This document shows positions 1-10,002 of a stretch of 64,000 bases of DNA, in pieces. Where the stretch lies: positions 32,001-96,000 of the forward strand of contig CAVPNL010000009.1 in NCBI GenBank assembly GCA_963706575.1, read 5' to 3'. Numbering within the stretch: the first letter of the stretch is position 1; every line of letters starts with the position of its first letter. Both the position numbers and the translations under genes were made by a program. The notes beneath the pieces are model-generated. The model had not been told where the DNA came from. It saw nothing but the letters and a program-made list of their open reading frames with translations, and searched no databases. Origin of the DNA: an uncultured delta proteobacterium. Its GTDB lineage: Bacteria > Desulfobacterota > Desulfobacteria > Desulfobacterales > JAHEIW01.

Positions 1-29
1 TTAAAATAAGGTGTAAAATCAAAATCCAT
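1..29 (-). CDS. 5' end of a CDS running off the left edge (MDFDFTPYF...)
   Basis: ATG at 29 on the minus strand with an AAGGAGA Shine-Dalgarno (SD) sequence at about 42-48; only 9 codons are visible. Confidence 0.35.
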
Positions 30-103
30 AGGTCAGTTTTTTCTCCTTGTGTACTTGATAAAAACACTTTGGTTCATAGAGACAGGGTTTGCTATTAATT
101 AAT

Positions 104-211
104 AAATGACTAAAATTTAAAATGATCTAAAATGTCTAAAATTTAATCAAGAGTTAATTACTTTAAAAATTTTAGGCATTTTAGCTCATTTTAGTTCATT
201 TTAGGCATTTC
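104..211. repeat. Palindromic element with tandem-repeat arms (unit ~ATGNCTAAA / TTTAGNCAT)
   Basis: Left arm aaatgactaaaa..aatgatctaaaatgtctaaaa; right arm ttttaggcattttagctcattttagttcattttaggcattt. Same unit as at 9704-9834 and 22105-22233. Confidence 0.85.
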
Positions 212-215
212 AAAT

Positions 216-231
216 TGTTTCACGTGAAACA
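216..231. promoter_or_regulatory. parS: parS site (ParB-binding centromere)
   Basis: Perfect palindrome TGTTTCACGTGAAACA, the canonical parS consensus. Confidence 0.95.
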
Positions 232-262
232 TTAACTTTTCGCCCCTCAAAGCCGGTGCAGG

Positions 263-278
263 GGTTTCACGTGAAACA
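263..278. promoter_or_regulatory. parS: parS site, second copy
   Basis: GGTTTCACGTGAAACA, one mismatch to consensus, 47 bp from the first copy. Confidence 0.9.
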
Positions 279-287
279 TCATCAGTA

Positions 288-1724
288 CTATTTACCGACA
301 CAAAACCGGCTGAAAATCTCATTTAGCACATCCACCTTCACATTGTCGCCACTGATCACTCCCAAAGCATCGATGGCCTCCTGAAGATGGATGGCCACCA
401 GATCACTGGAGGTTCCGTTTCGCAGTTGTTCAATCACAGATTCGGCAGCATCAAGGCTCGTTTCAAGCAGCAGCTTGTGCCTTAAATTGGGGACAATCAC
501 CCCGTTAAAATCAAGCGGATTCTGTCCTCCGGCCATCTTAATAATTTTGTCTTTGAGCTGATCGATCCCCTGGTCATATAAGGCCGAAATACGCACCTGC
601 TCATCAAAACGCCAGTTGTCCGGAAGGGTGGTTTCATTTCCCTCCTGGATAAGGTCGATTTTATTCAGAACAACGATTAGGGGCTTCGAATTGATCTGGT
701 CATAAATGAGGTGGTCTTCAGAGCCCAGGGATCGGTTGGCTTCAATCATAAAAAGCACCAGATCAGATCCGTTGACGTGCTCGAGTGTTTTTTCAATTCC
801 GATCTTTTCTACGGGGTTATCGGTGTAATGAACACCGGCCGTATCACTGATAACAACCGGTATGCCTTCAAGGTTCAGCGTTTCTTCGATCACATCCCGG
901 GTTGTTCCCGGCACATCCGTCACAATGGCTCGATCCTTTTGAACCAGCTGATTGAGCAGACTGGATTTGCCCACATTGGGCCGACCGACCACCGCAACTG
1001 CAATCCCGTCTCGAAAAACATGAGCGTCCACATAATTTCGGATCAATCCCTTTAGCGGCTCGCGCACTTCTCTTTGAAGCGATTCTAGCGTGTCTTCGGT
1101 TTGGATGAATTCTGCGACATCATCCGGAAAGTCAATTGCAGCTTCAATCCGGGTTAAGAGGTCGACCAATCCGTCTCTGATGGAAGTAATCTGCTTGCGC
1201 AGCTTTCCGCTCACCTGGGCAGCCGATAGTTGTAAACTCTTACGGGTGCGGGCATTGATGACATCGATGACCGCTTCGGCCTGGGTAAGATCGATGCGCC
1301 CGTTAGCGAATGCCCGCTGGGTAAATTCCCCCGGCTCGGCCAGACGCGCACCCTTTTTTAAAACGAGCTGCAAAATGGCATGTAAAACCACCGCCCCGCC
1401 GTGAGCGTTAATCTCTACGACATCTTCTCGCGTATAGGTCTGCGGGGCCTTCATCGCCGAAAGCAAGACTTCATCCAGCATGACGCCGTTTTCCGGGTCA
1501 AAGATGTGGCCATAGTAAAGCCGGTGGGACTCAAATTCAAACCTTTTCTTTTTGCCCGGATGGGTCGAAAGGGGAACGGCATTTGAATCCTGACGCCTGT
1601 CAATCGGTCTGAAAATAGCCTTTGCAACCGCAAAGGCATTTAAGCCGGATATTTTGACGATGCCGATCCCGCCTTTTCCGCCGGATGTGGCAATGGCTGC
1701 AATGGTATCTGAGTTAGGTGTCAT
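288..1724 (-). CDS. mnmE: tRNA modification GTPase MnmE (TrmE)
   Basis: DTIAAIAT N-terminus, G1 GRPNVGKSS, GTTRD, DTAG, NKID and C-terminal FCVGK. Start at ATG 1724 preferred over the track's 1760. Confidence 0.97.
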   Translation of the reverse strand: MTPNSDTIAAIATSGGKGGIGIVKISGLNAFAVAKAIFRPIDRRQDSNAVPLSTHPGKKKRFEFESHRLYYGHIFDPENGVMLDEVLLSAMKAPQTYTREDVVEINAHGGAVVLHAILQLVLKKGARLAEPGEFTQRAFANGRIDLTQAEAVIDVINARTRKSLQLSAAQVSGKLRKQITSIRDGLVDLLTRIEAAIDFPDDVAEFIQTEDTLESLQREVREPLKGLIRNYVDAHVFRDGIAVAVVGRPNVGKSSLLNQLVQKDRAIVTDVPGTTRDVIEETLNLEGIPVVISDTAGVHYTDNPVEKIGIEKTLEHVNGSDLVLFMIEANRSLGSEDHLIYDQINSKPLIVVLNKIDLIQEGNETTLPDNWRFDEQVRISALYDQGIDQLKDKIIKMAGGQNPLDFNGVIVPNLRHKLLLETSLDAAESVIEQLRNGTSSDLVAIHLQEAIDALGVISGDNVKVDVLNEIFSRFCVGK

Positions 1725-1905
1725 TTGGTCAAAATATAATATGGCCACCCGGTGGTTCACATGAGGTCGGGCCTTCTAAAAACCGTCAATCGTTTTCAGG
1801 ATTCAGTTTAGCCGCAAGAAGACAATTCAGAGCTGAAGGAACCCGCAACCAGCATCAGGTGAATGAAAATGGTAAATGGTATCGGGCACCATGTACAAAT
1901 AAACG

Positions 1906-2718
1906 TTATCTTTTCGAATAATTTCGTTTTTGGGGAAATATCACAAGCTTTCGCAAACGACCTTCCCCCCGGCTGCGGGTCAAAACTTCGGGAAAATCCT
2001 TGAGTGCAATATGAACGATTCTGCGATCGTAGGCATTCATCTGGCCGAGGGATATGGGTTTTCCGATTTTCTTTGACTTTTCGGCCATCCGGAGTGCCAT
2101 GTTTTCAAGATTTTCTTTGCGGCCTTCCAGATAGCCTTCGATATCCACCAGAACCCGAATTCGGTTTTGATTGCGTTTGTTGACAACTTTTTCAATAATG
2201 CTCTGAATGGCGTCCAGTGTTTGGCCGCGTTTGCCGATCAAAATACCCGCATTGCCACCATTGACATTGAAGCATAGGCGCTCCGCATTCTCTTCAACCG
2301 AAATTTTAGCATCTGCCGTGATGGTGTCTACAATTCGTTGCAAAACCAGCCTGCCAATTTCCACGGCATCATCGGGGAATGAATAACGCTGTTGGCCTTC
2401 TGAATCTTCTTTAACAGACCCATTTTCGTCGTCTAGAACCATGGTCCCTGTGGCTTCGGATTGGCTGTAAGCATCAGGTGTCGGCTGTGCAGCGGCGTTC
2501 AATTCAGCGGTTTGCGCTTGCCGCTCCCTTACCAGCGTATCCTTAGCTAACTTTACCCGAATTTTCGCCTTTTTGGTACCGGACAAACCGAAAATGCCGC
2601 TGGATCCGTAGGACAGCACTTCGTATTTTATCTCTTCTTTGGGTATCTTGAGTTCGGCACTGGCCTTCTCGATTGCCTTGTCAACGTTTTTTGCTTTGAA
2701 TTCCAGCGAGGCCGACAT
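1906..2718 (-). CDS. jag: Jag/EloR (KhpB) RNA-binding protein (Jag_N, KH, R3H)
   Basis: KH motif LIGKRGQTLDAIQ, R3H motif RRIVH, position between yidC and mnmE. Confidence 0.93.
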   Translation of the reverse strand: MSASLEFKAKNVDKAIEKASAELKIPKEEIKYEVLSYGSSGIFGLSGTKKAKIRVKLAKDTLVRERQAQTAELNAAAQPTPDAYSQSEATGTMVLDDENGSVKEDSEGQQRYSFPDDAVEIGRLVLQRIVDTITADAKISVEENAERLCFNVNGGNAGILIGKRGQTLDAIQSIIEKVVNKRNQNRIRVLVDIEGYLEGRKENLENMALRMAEKSKKIGKPISLGQMNAYDRRIVHIALKDFPEVLTRSRGEGRLRKLVIFPQKRNYSKR

Positions 2719-2733
2719 GTAAAACCTCCGTAA

Positions 2734-4401
2734 TTACGCGTATTTTTTCTGGGTATAATACTGCTGGGCAATTGATAGAAGGTTGTTCACCAGCCAGTAT
2801 AAAACCAGGCCGGATGAAAAATTGATAAAAATAACCGTAAATATAATGGGCATAAACATCATCATCTTCGCCTGGGTGGCGTCTCCCATGGGGGGTGACA
2901 TTTTTTGCTGCAGCAGCATGCTTGCACCCATGACGATGGTGAGAACCGGTATTCCGTATGGCGGTTCCATAAAAGGTATCGAAAAATCAAAGCGCAACAA
3001 GCGGTCCGGTGCAGCCAGGTCGTCAATCCACAGGAAAAACGGCGCATGCCGTAGCTCGATGGCTTCATAAAGCATGCGGTAGAGCGCAAAAAAGACCGGG
3101 AGCTGAACCACCATCGGAAGACAGCCGCCCAGCGGATTGATCTTATAGGTGCGATACAGCCCCATGACTTCCTGATTCATCTTCTGTTTGTCGTCTTTGT
3201 GTTTTTCACGAATCTCTTTCATCAGCGGCTGGATTTTTTTCATTTCGCTCATCGATTTATAGCTTTTTTGCCCCAGAGGCCATAAAAGGATTTTCGCCAA
3301 TATCGTTAAAAAGATAATGGCCACCCCATAGTTGGGAATCACACTGTAAAATTTGTTCATCAGCCACAGGCAGGGCTTGGCAATAATATCAAACCAGCCG
3401 AAATCAACGACTTTTTGCAGATCGTTGCCGACATTTCTGAGTTCCTGTATCCTTTTAGGACCCATGAAAAGCTGGTATTTATAAGTGTACTGAGTCCCGG
3501 GCTGAATCGCTTTTTCCGGCTGCCGGTATCGGGCGGCTACAAATTTGTCGGACTCCAGGGCCAGATGCAGGCTGGCCTCTTCGATCTGGTTGGGTATGAG
3601 ACCGGACATAAAATAACGGCTCTGCAAGGCAACCCATTTGATTGTGCCGTCAAATGTATTCTGATCTTTAAGCTTTTTGGTCTTGATTTCTTGAAGTTCG
3701 TCGTTAATCAGTGCGCTGGGCCCTTCAAAAGCATACATGCGCTTATCACCCGGAGCTTTGCTGTATAAGGCCACAAAGAGTTTATCCTGGATGCCGCGCC
3801 CGGATCCATTTTTTATGATGACCTCCATACCGATCGCATAGGTATCCGGTGCAAATTTATAGGTTTTTTCGATGACAATTCCATCCTGTGAGCGCCACAA
3901 AAAAGTAAGGTCCTTGGGGCTGTCATTCACCTCCAGCTGCCTGGAAGGCATGTTGGCAGTAAATACCGCTTTATCCAGCCCGGTAATACTCTTGCCGGTA
4001 AATCCCAGTAGGCCGACGCCAAAGGTTTCATCGCCGGTCAGAATTTGTTTAAGGGGTGCATCCTTTTGAACTTTTTCCCGGTAGTTTTTAAGGAGAAAGC
4101 TGTAAAATACGGCTCCATTCTCAGAAATCTTGGCCTGATAAAGCGGGGTATCGACAGTAATGCTCGCGGCTATCTGAAGCGGGGTCTCTTTAACGGTGGT
4201 TTTTACAGCAGGCGCCGGTTTTTCAATCGCTTCTTTATAAGGCTTTTCAGTGTCCTTAACCGCTTGTTTTTCTTCTACCGCAGGGGATTCAACCTTTTTT
4301 GCCTGACGACGCTCGGCTTCATCAGGGCTGAAAAAAAATTGCCATGCCAAAAATATAGCGAGCGAAAGGACGATGGCTATTAACAATCGCGATTGTTCCA
4401 T
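2734..4401 (-). CDS. yidC: Membrane protein insertase YidC
   Basis: N-terminal TM, VDFGWF, NYGVAII, NPLGGCLP, WIDDL, GLVLYW. Confidence 0.98.
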   Translation of the reverse strand: MEQSRLLIAIVLSLAIFLAWQFFFSPDEAERRQAKKVESPAVEEKQAVKDTEKPYKEAIEKPAPAVKTTVKETPLQIAASITVDTPLYQAKISENGAVFYSFLLKNYREKVQKDAPLKQILTGDETFGVGLLGFTGKSITGLDKAVFTANMPSRQLEVNDSPKDLTFLWRSQDGIVIEKTYKFAPDTYAIGMEVIIKNGSGRGIQDKLFVALYSKAPGDKRMYAFEGPSALINDELQEIKTKKLKDQNTFDGTIKWVALQSRYFMSGLIPNQIEEASLHLALESDKFVAARYRQPEKAIQPGTQYTYKYQLFMGPKRIQELRNVGNDLQKVVDFGWFDIIAKPCLWLMNKFYSVIPNYGVAIIFLTILAKILLWPLGQKSYKSMSEMKKIQPLMKEIREKHKDDKQKMNQEVMGLYRTYKINPLGGCLPMVVQLPVFFALYRMLYEAIELRHAPFFLWIDDLAAPDRLLRFDFSIPFMEPPYGIPVLTIVMGASMLLQQKMSPPMGDATQAKMMMFMPIIFTVIFINFSSGLVLYWLVNNLLSIAQQYYTQKKYA

Positions 4402-4582
4402 TAATTTCTCCTAATATCAGGTTATAAATTACGGTGCCGCACTTTATGCTAAAAAGAAGCCTGTATTTCGAAATTAAACAGGGTTTTTGTCTGGGGACTT
4501 AGCTGGGGGAGCAGTTTCTGCGCCGTTAACCATTTTCCGCTACGCATGATAGACTCGTTAATCTGGTTTTGTTATGCGCAGG

Positions 4583-4828
4583 CTAGGGAACCGGATCAAC
4601 GCCACCAGGATGAAAGGGATGACATCGCAACAATCGCTTGACGGCCAGAAATAGGCCTTTTAAAGGACCGTGTTGTCTGATTGCCTGATAGGCATAATTC
4701 GAACAGGTTGGATAAAAACGACACGAGCGGCCTAAAATCGGAGATAGTGTATATTGGTAGGCCCGGATCGATGCTAACATCAATATCGCTATAATCTTTT
4801 TAATCAACACAATTCGAAATCTTTTCAA
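4583..4828 (-). CDS. yidD: Membrane protein insertion efficiency factor YidD
   Basis: [10 protein letters not shown] ... [14 protein letters not shown]. True start is probably 4810 (GTG) or 4780 (ATG). Confidence 0.95.
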   Translation of the reverse strand: MKRFRIVLIKKIIAILMLASIRAYQYTLSPILGRSCRFYPTCSNYAYQAIRQHGPLKGLFLAVKRLLRCHPFHPGGVDPVP

Positions 4829-5153
4829 ACAAATCTTGAAGGAATAAATCTACCTTCGCAGATGAAAGGTCTGTGGCCTTTTTTTTGGCGACGATGTTAA
4901 TATCCCAGTTTTGATTTAAATGCTGCCTGTTTAATCGAAAGTATTCGCGTACCAGACGTTTAATTCGGTTTCTTTGTGCAGCTTTTGCGACCTTTCGTGT
5001 AACCGTGATGCCCAGCCTCAGGCTGTCGAATCGGCCAGGTTTAAAAAAAACGATAAAACAGTCGTTTTGCAGCTTGCGTCCGGATCGCGTGAGTTCGAGA
5101 AATTCCGATCGTTTTAAGATTCGATCTTCCTTTTTAAAGGAAAAGCGCATCAT
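4800..5153 (-). CDS. rnpA: Ribonuclease P protein component
   Basis: [22 protein letters not shown] motif; operon context. Confidence 0.96.
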   Translation of the reverse strand: MMRFSFKKEDRILKRSEFLELTRSGRKLQNDCFIVFFKPGRFDSLRLGITVTRKVAKAAQRNRIKRLVREYFRLNRQHLNQNWDINIVAKKKATDLSSAKVDLFLQDLFEKISNCVD

Positions 5154-5155
5154 GG

Positions 5156-5181
5156 CCTATGACCCATGATCTATGACCCAT
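5156..5181. repeat. 7-bp tandem repeat (CYATGAY x3-4), half element
   Basis: cctatgacccatgatctatgaccca between rpmH and rnpA. Confidence 0.55.
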
Positions 5182-5227
5182 TAAACATTAGGCTTTACTC
5201 ATCATCCGGTTCGCTGGCCCGACCGTT

Positions 5228-5362
5228 TCAACCGGCGAGGCGGGCCCTACCCTTTGCCCGGCGCCGATTAATTATCCTGCGACCTGCCTTAGACGACATC
5301 CGTTTGCGAAATCCATGATTCCTGGCCCGTTTGATTCTGCTGGGCTGAAAAGTGCGTTTCAT
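5228..5362 (-). CDS. rpmH: 50S ribosomal protein L34 (not in the ORF track)
   Basis: Manual translation [44 protein letters not shown], 44 aa, upstream of rnpA. Confidence 0.98.
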   Translation of the reverse strand: MKRTFQPSRIKRARNHGFRKRMSSKAGRRIINRRRAKGRARLAG

Positions 5363-5498
5363 CTTATAAGTCCCTTATATTATTATATATTTTCCTATGC
5401 CTTTTGGACGTTGATTGTTGTGCTATGCGTCCTGAGGGTGCGAAGTCCGAAATTTATGATATAAATCACAAGGTTGAAGTCATGTCAAGATGAAATCA

Positions 5499-7043
5499 TT
5501 ATTCTTTATGAATTTCAAATATATCGAATTCTTCCATATGATAGGTCGTGTTGGGGTATATGACAATTTGCTTGCCGATAACCTTTTCCAGAGCCGTTAT
5601 CAAATGATTTTCTTCACCATGCAACAATTCGGCAATCTGCGGATTAGCTCTTAATGTCAGCCGGATGCCGTTCATATCCTGGGATTCCCGCAAAATTTCA
5701 CGGAAAATTGAATAACAAATCGATTGTTTAGAAATAATATAGCCTTCTCCATCGCAATAATAGCATGGCTCGCACAGAATCCGGGTGAGCGGTTCCCGGG
5801 TGCGCTTGCGGGTCATCTGGATGAGCCCCATCTCCGACATCGGCAAAACATGGGTTTTACTCTTGTCTTTTTCCAGTGCTTCCCGGAGTGCATTGAACAC
5901 CTTTTCCTGGTTGGACTTTTTATCCATATCAATAAAGTCGATAATGATAAGGCCGCCAAGATCCCGCAGCCGGATTTGATAGGCAATCTCCTTGACGGCC
6001 TCCAAATTGGTTTTTACAATCGTTTCTTCCAGATTGTGTTTGCCGACATAGCGGCCGGTGTTGACATCAATCGCTACCAGGGCCTCGGTGTGCTCGATGG
6101 TAATATATCCGCCGGATTTCAGCCAAACCTTGCGTTTGAGCGCTCTGGAAATATCGCCTTCCAGATTGTAGGCGTCAAAAACCGGTTCGGCGCCGTCGTA
6201 GAGCACCACGTGATCCTTTAGGCTGGGCATGTAAGTGTCCAGAAATGATAAAACGGCATCATAGGTCGGTTTGGAATCGATAACCAGTTTCTCGACTTCA
6301 TGGATCAGCAAATCCCTCACCGCGCGTAGGCTCACGGAAATCTCCTGATGCAATCTGGATGGGACGGGGGCTTTCTCATATTTTTTTTGGATGTTGGCCC
6401 ACAGGTTGTTCACAAAGGACATCTCGGAAGCCAGTTTTTCTTCAGACTCGCCCTCAGCAGCCGTCCGCACAATATAACCATGGTTATTGGTGCGCAAATT
6501 CATAACGCTATTTCGCAGGCGCTCGCGTTCGGCTTCATCTTCAATACGGCGGGAAATGCCGATATGATCGGATTTGGGCATCAGCACCAGGAAGCGGCCG
6601 GGCAAAGAAACGTAAGATGAAATTCGCGCCCCTTTGGTACCGATGGGAGATTTGACGACCTGGGCCAATACCTCCTGGCCCTCTGAAATAAGCTCTTCAA
6701 TCTGATACCTGCGCCGGTGTTCGTATCGCGTCGGTTCCGGATTGCTTTCGGGTTCTACCGGCACCTCCTCGGCATCGATTTGAAACAGGCGTTCATATTC
6801 CTCAATATCATTTGTATAAACATCATCCACATACATAAATGCCGCCTGATTAAGACCGACATCCACAAACGCTGCCTGCATCCCGGGCAATACCCGCAGC
6901 ACTCTGCCTTTATAGATATTGCCGGCGACATCCGAATCATCTCCGCGATCCACATATAATTCCACGATGGTCCCGTCTTCTAAAAGTGCCACCCGGGTTT
7001 CATGATCTGAAACATTGATGATCAGCTGTTTGTACATTTTCAA
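5499..7043 (-). CDS. rng: Rne/Rng family ribonuclease (RNase G-like)
   Basis: GNIYKGRV..VLPGMQAAFVD (S1 domain), IDVNTG, IIIDFIDM, Zn-link CYYC. Start is probably ATG 7037. Confidence 0.95.
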   Translation of the reverse strand: MKMYKQLIINVSDHETRVALLEDGTIVELYVDRGDDSDVAGNIYKGRVLRVLPGMQAAFVDVGLNQAAFMYVDDVYTNDIEEYERLFQIDAEEVPVEPESNPEPTRYEHRRRYQIEELISEGQEVLAQVVKSPIGTKGARISSYVSLPGRFLVLMPKSDHIGISRRIEDEAERERLRNSVMNLRTNNHGYIVRTAAEGESEEKLASEMSFVNNLWANIQKKYEKAPVPSRLHQEISVSLRAVRDLLIHEVEKLVIDSKPTYDAVLSFLDTYMPSLKDHVVLYDGAEPVFDAYNLEGDISRALKRKVWLKSGGYITIEHTEALVAIDVNTGRYVGKHNLEETIVKTNLEAVKEIAYQIRLRDLGGLIIIDFIDMDKKSNQEKVFNALREALEKDKSKTHVLPMSEMGLIQMTRKRTREPLTRILCEPCYYCDGEGYIISKQSICYSIFREILRESQDMNGIRLTLRANPQIAELLHGEENHLITALEKVIGKQIVIYPNTTYHMEEFDIFEIHKE

Positions 7044-7058
7044 AAGCTCCGCTTTTTC

Positions 7059-7146
7059 GCAAAGCGCAGAGGGCAGAGCGCATAGCGAGAAATGCCGCCA
7101 CTGGTATATGCAAAAAGTAAACGCTTTGCTCTATGCGCTATGCGCT
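7059..7146. repeat. Palindromic element with 7-bp tandem-repeat arms (GCAKAGS / CKCTWTG)
   Basis: gcaaagcgcagagggcagagcgcatagcg ... cgctttgctctatgcgctatgcgc. The right arm overlaps the last codons and stop of the radical SAM gene. Confidence 0.8.
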
Positions 7147-9645
7147 TAGCTTTATTATCGTTGCCTGTTTGACCTGCTCATCGCTTAATTTGAATATATG
7201 GCGCAGGACATCAAAAGGCCGCACGGTTTTTCCCGGCTCAGATTGAAGGGTCAGTTCCATATGACCCGCGTCGAACAATTCACTGCTTACTACAATATCT
7301 TTTAAATCTATCTTTTTCAACTTTCCTTTTCGATGAGTGAGCATAATGTAAAAATCCAAACTCTCGTTGAAAGCGTTTAGCCGGGTTTTATCGAAAAGCG
7401 CTTCCTGCAGAGCAACCCGGTAGCGGACGCGTTTGCGGAGGGGTGCCGGCGCCTTTTTGGGGGCTAATTGACAATCGAGGATTTCAAGCCCGGCGGGCAA
7501 TTGATCGTTTAAGGCGGCCTTCGCGTCTTGCGGGCGAATGGTGTCCGCTACGGTTATCATAAAGCGCTCCTGCTGGCTCTCGATTCCCACCGGCAGGGGG
7601 TCATCAAAGGAGATTTTGGGTTTGGGGTGAAATCCCTCCGAAAACCGAACCGCAATTCCAGCCCGTTTTAAGGCGCGTTGGAAAATATTGACCAGTTCAA
7701 GATGTCCGAAATACCGTGCCCCGTCCAGCTTGCTGTAAAAAACACTGAGTTTTTTAAAGGCCGGCGCTTTCTGAGCATCGGGTCGATTCAGTCGACCGGC
7801 ATTGTCTTTTAAGGCGTCGTGGGTTAAGGGCTCGATTTGTTCAAAGTCGCAGACACCGCACTGGTTGCATTCATCAACCCGGCAATCTGCTGTAAAGGCT
7901 TCTCCGGTTGCATTTTCCCATTCATCGGCTAAAAACGCTTTGGTCACCCGGGTGTCAATATGGTCCCAGGGCAACGGCTCACAAACATCTCTGGGGCGAA
8001 GCGTATAAAAATCAGGATCCAGTCCCTCTTCGGCAAGGGCCGCTGCCCACAGGTCGTAGCGAAATCGATCACTCCAGCCGTCAAACCGGCAGCCTTTATG
8101 ATAGGCGGCTACCAATAGCCGGCTCAGTTTTCGATCGCCGCGGGCCCAGACCCCTTCCAGCCAGCTGACTTGCGGATTCTGCCATTTGATTTGAACGCCG
8201 GACAATTTGAGTTTGTCCTTAACCCGCTCTAAGCGGTCTTTGGATTCGGCCAGCGACAGCTGGGAGGCCCATTGAAAAGGGGTATGCGGTTTGGGAATAA
8301 AGGTGGCCACGCTGACATTGATCTTTCCCCGGCGCCCCGCGGGGCTTTTGATTTGCCGCAGGGCTTTGACCAAATCCACCAGCGCCTTTAAATCTTCAAC
8401 GGTTTCGGTCGGAAGCCCGATCATAAAATACAGCTTGATGACCCGCCATCCCAGGTCAAAAGCGTCTTTGACCGTTGTCATAATCTCTGCTTCACTGATA
8501 TTTTTATTGATCACGTCCCGCAGCCGCTGACTGCCGGCTTCGGGGGCAATGGTAAACCCGGTTTTGCGCACCGTCTTGATCAGTTTCATCAGCTCCGGTG
8601 TCAGGGTTCCGGCCCTCAACGACGGCAGGGAAACCGCCACATTCTCGGCCGCATAGTCCGACATCAAGCGCGACATCAAAGGCACGATACAACCGTAGTC
8701 GCCGGTGCTTAACGACAGCAAAGAAAGATCTTCGTATCCGGTGGCACCGACGGATTGATCACAAAGGGCCAGCAGCGAATCGGGCGCGCGTTCCCGCACC
8801 GGCCGGTAGATCATGCCGGCCTGGCAGAACCGGCAGCCGCGGGTACAGCCTCTGGCAACCTCCAGTCGCAGCCGATCATGCACGGGTTTGCCGAAGGGGA
8901 TGATGGGTTTATTGGGAAAAGGCACCTGATCCAGATCGGCAACCAGAGTTCGGGTCACCTGTGAGTAATCCGGAACCTGCGGCTCCAGGATCTGAAAGCC
9001 GCACGCATCATACCGCGGCTTAAAAAATGAGGGAATATAAACACCTTCAATCTGTGACCAGCGCTTTAAAAGACCTTCTTTATCGTTGCCGGTGTCCTTT
9101 TTCCATTCCATCCAGCTTTCGGCCAGTAAAAGGGTGACTTTTTCACCGTCCCCGATGACAATGGCATCAAAAAAATCCGCAACCGGCTCCGGGTTGCAGG
9201 TGCACGGGCCTCCGGCAATAATCAGTGGAAAAGAGTCGTCCCGTTGGGCGGCATAAAACGGAATGCCGCACAGTTCCAGCATGGTTAAGATATTGGTGTA
9301 ATTCAGTTCATAGAGCAGACTGAATCCGATCATATCAAACCGATCAAGAGGCCGGCGGGATTCCAGAGAAAATAAGGGCAGCCCGCTGCTCCTGAGATGA
9401 CGGTCCATATCCATTCCGGGAGCAAAGACACGCTCGGCGGCAATGTCCGGATGGGCGTTGAGAATATGATACAGAATCTGCATTCCGAAATGGGAGGTGC
9501 CGATTTCATAAAGATCCGGAAAAGCCAGCGCGATTCGCAGTTTAACCCGCTCCAGGTCCTTTTTGATCTGATTGATTTCGCCCCCCAAATAGCGGCTGGG
9601 TTTTTCAACCAGAGGCAAAATATCTTCGATGGTTTTCAAATTCAT
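7138..9645 (-). CDS. B12-binding-type radical SAM protein (TIGR03960-like) fused to a C-terminal radical-SAM-linked DUF2344/TIGR03936-like domain
   Basis: KPSRYLGGE..FPDLYEIGTSH N-terminus, CxxxCxxC (CTRGCRFC), extra Cys cluster DCRVDECNQCGVC, C-terminal GHLEL..FQRALKRA..FSEGFHPKPKISF. Confidence 0.88.
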   Translation of the reverse strand: MNLKTIEDILPLVEKPSRYLGGEINQIKKDLERVKLRIALAFPDLYEIGTSHFGMQILYHILNAHPDIAAERVFAPGMDMDRHLRSSGLPLFSLESRRPLDRFDMIGFSLLYELNYTNILTMLELCGIPFYAAQRDDSFPLIIAGGPCTCNPEPVADFFDAIVIGDGEKVTLLLAESWMEWKKDTGNDKEGLLKRWSQIEGVYIPSFFKPRYDACGFQILEPQVPDYSQVTRTLVADLDQVPFPNKPIIPFGKPVHDRLRLEVARGCTRGCRFCQAGMIYRPVRERAPDSLLALCDQSVGATGYEDLSLLSLSTGDYGCIVPLMSRLMSDYAAENVAVSLPSLRAGTLTPELMKLIKTVRKTGFTIAPEAGSQRLRDVINKNISEAEIMTTVKDAFDLGWRVIKLYFMIGLPTETVEDLKALVDLVKALRQIKSPAGRRGKINVSVATFIPKPHTPFQWASQLSLAESKDRLERVKDKLKLSGVQIKWQNPQVSWLEGVWARGDRKLSRLLVAAYHKGCRFDGWSDRFRYDLWAAALAEEGLDPDFYTLRPRDVCEPLPWDHIDTRVTKAFLADEWENATGEAFTADCRVDECNQCGVCDFEQIEPLTHDALKDNAGRLNRPDAQKAPAFKKLSVFYSKLDGARYFGHLELVNIFQRALKRAGIAVRFSEGFHPKPKISFDDPLPVGIESQQERFMITVADTIRPQDAKAALNDQLPAGLEILDCQLAPKKAPAPLRKRVRYRVALQEALFDKTRLNAFNESLDFYIMLTHRKGKLKKIDLKDIVVSSELFDAGHMELTLQSEPGKTVRPFDVLRHIFKLSDEQVKQATIIKLSA

Positions 9646-9703
9646 AGCATCCGCAGGTGGTATAAGGCACTCATTGCTCGTAACCAGCTTAGAAGCGTCT
9701 CAT

Positions 9704-9834
9704 AAAAGTGACTAAAGTGAACTAAAGTTGGAAGTGACTAAAGTTATGGTGTCGCTACGCTCCGTCTTTTATAAAAATGACAGAATTCCTAAACTTTAGG
9801 CACTTTAGTCATTTTAGGCATTTTAGGCACTTTT
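9704..9834. repeat. Dispersed ~130-bp palindromic element with 9-10-bp tandem-repeat arms
   Basis: Arms (GTGACTAAA)n and (TTTAGGCAY)n. Positions 9708-9776 match the reverse complement of 22162-22230 at 65 of 69 positions by manual alignment. Confidence 0.92.
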
Positions 9835-10002
9835 CTTTGAAGCCGCATCGGCTGCTTCATCTTAGATTCGGCTTACGTTATCAGATTAACTTAAAAAATT
9901 GAAGCCGCCGTCTTTATTTTCATGGCGCGATGTTTATATTTTAGCAGCCAAATTGCTTTGTGATTTCAAACAACCCGGGACCCGTTTCCCGTAAGGAGAG
10001 AT

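Noticed and set aside
1761..1905. Possible ncRNA between jag and mnmE
   Set aside because: No recognisable family motif or strong stem found by eye.
5363..5498. oriC upstream of rpmH
   Set aside because: Short, with no DnaA-box cluster; it looks like an ordinary promoter region (minus-strand TTGACA at 5483-5488).
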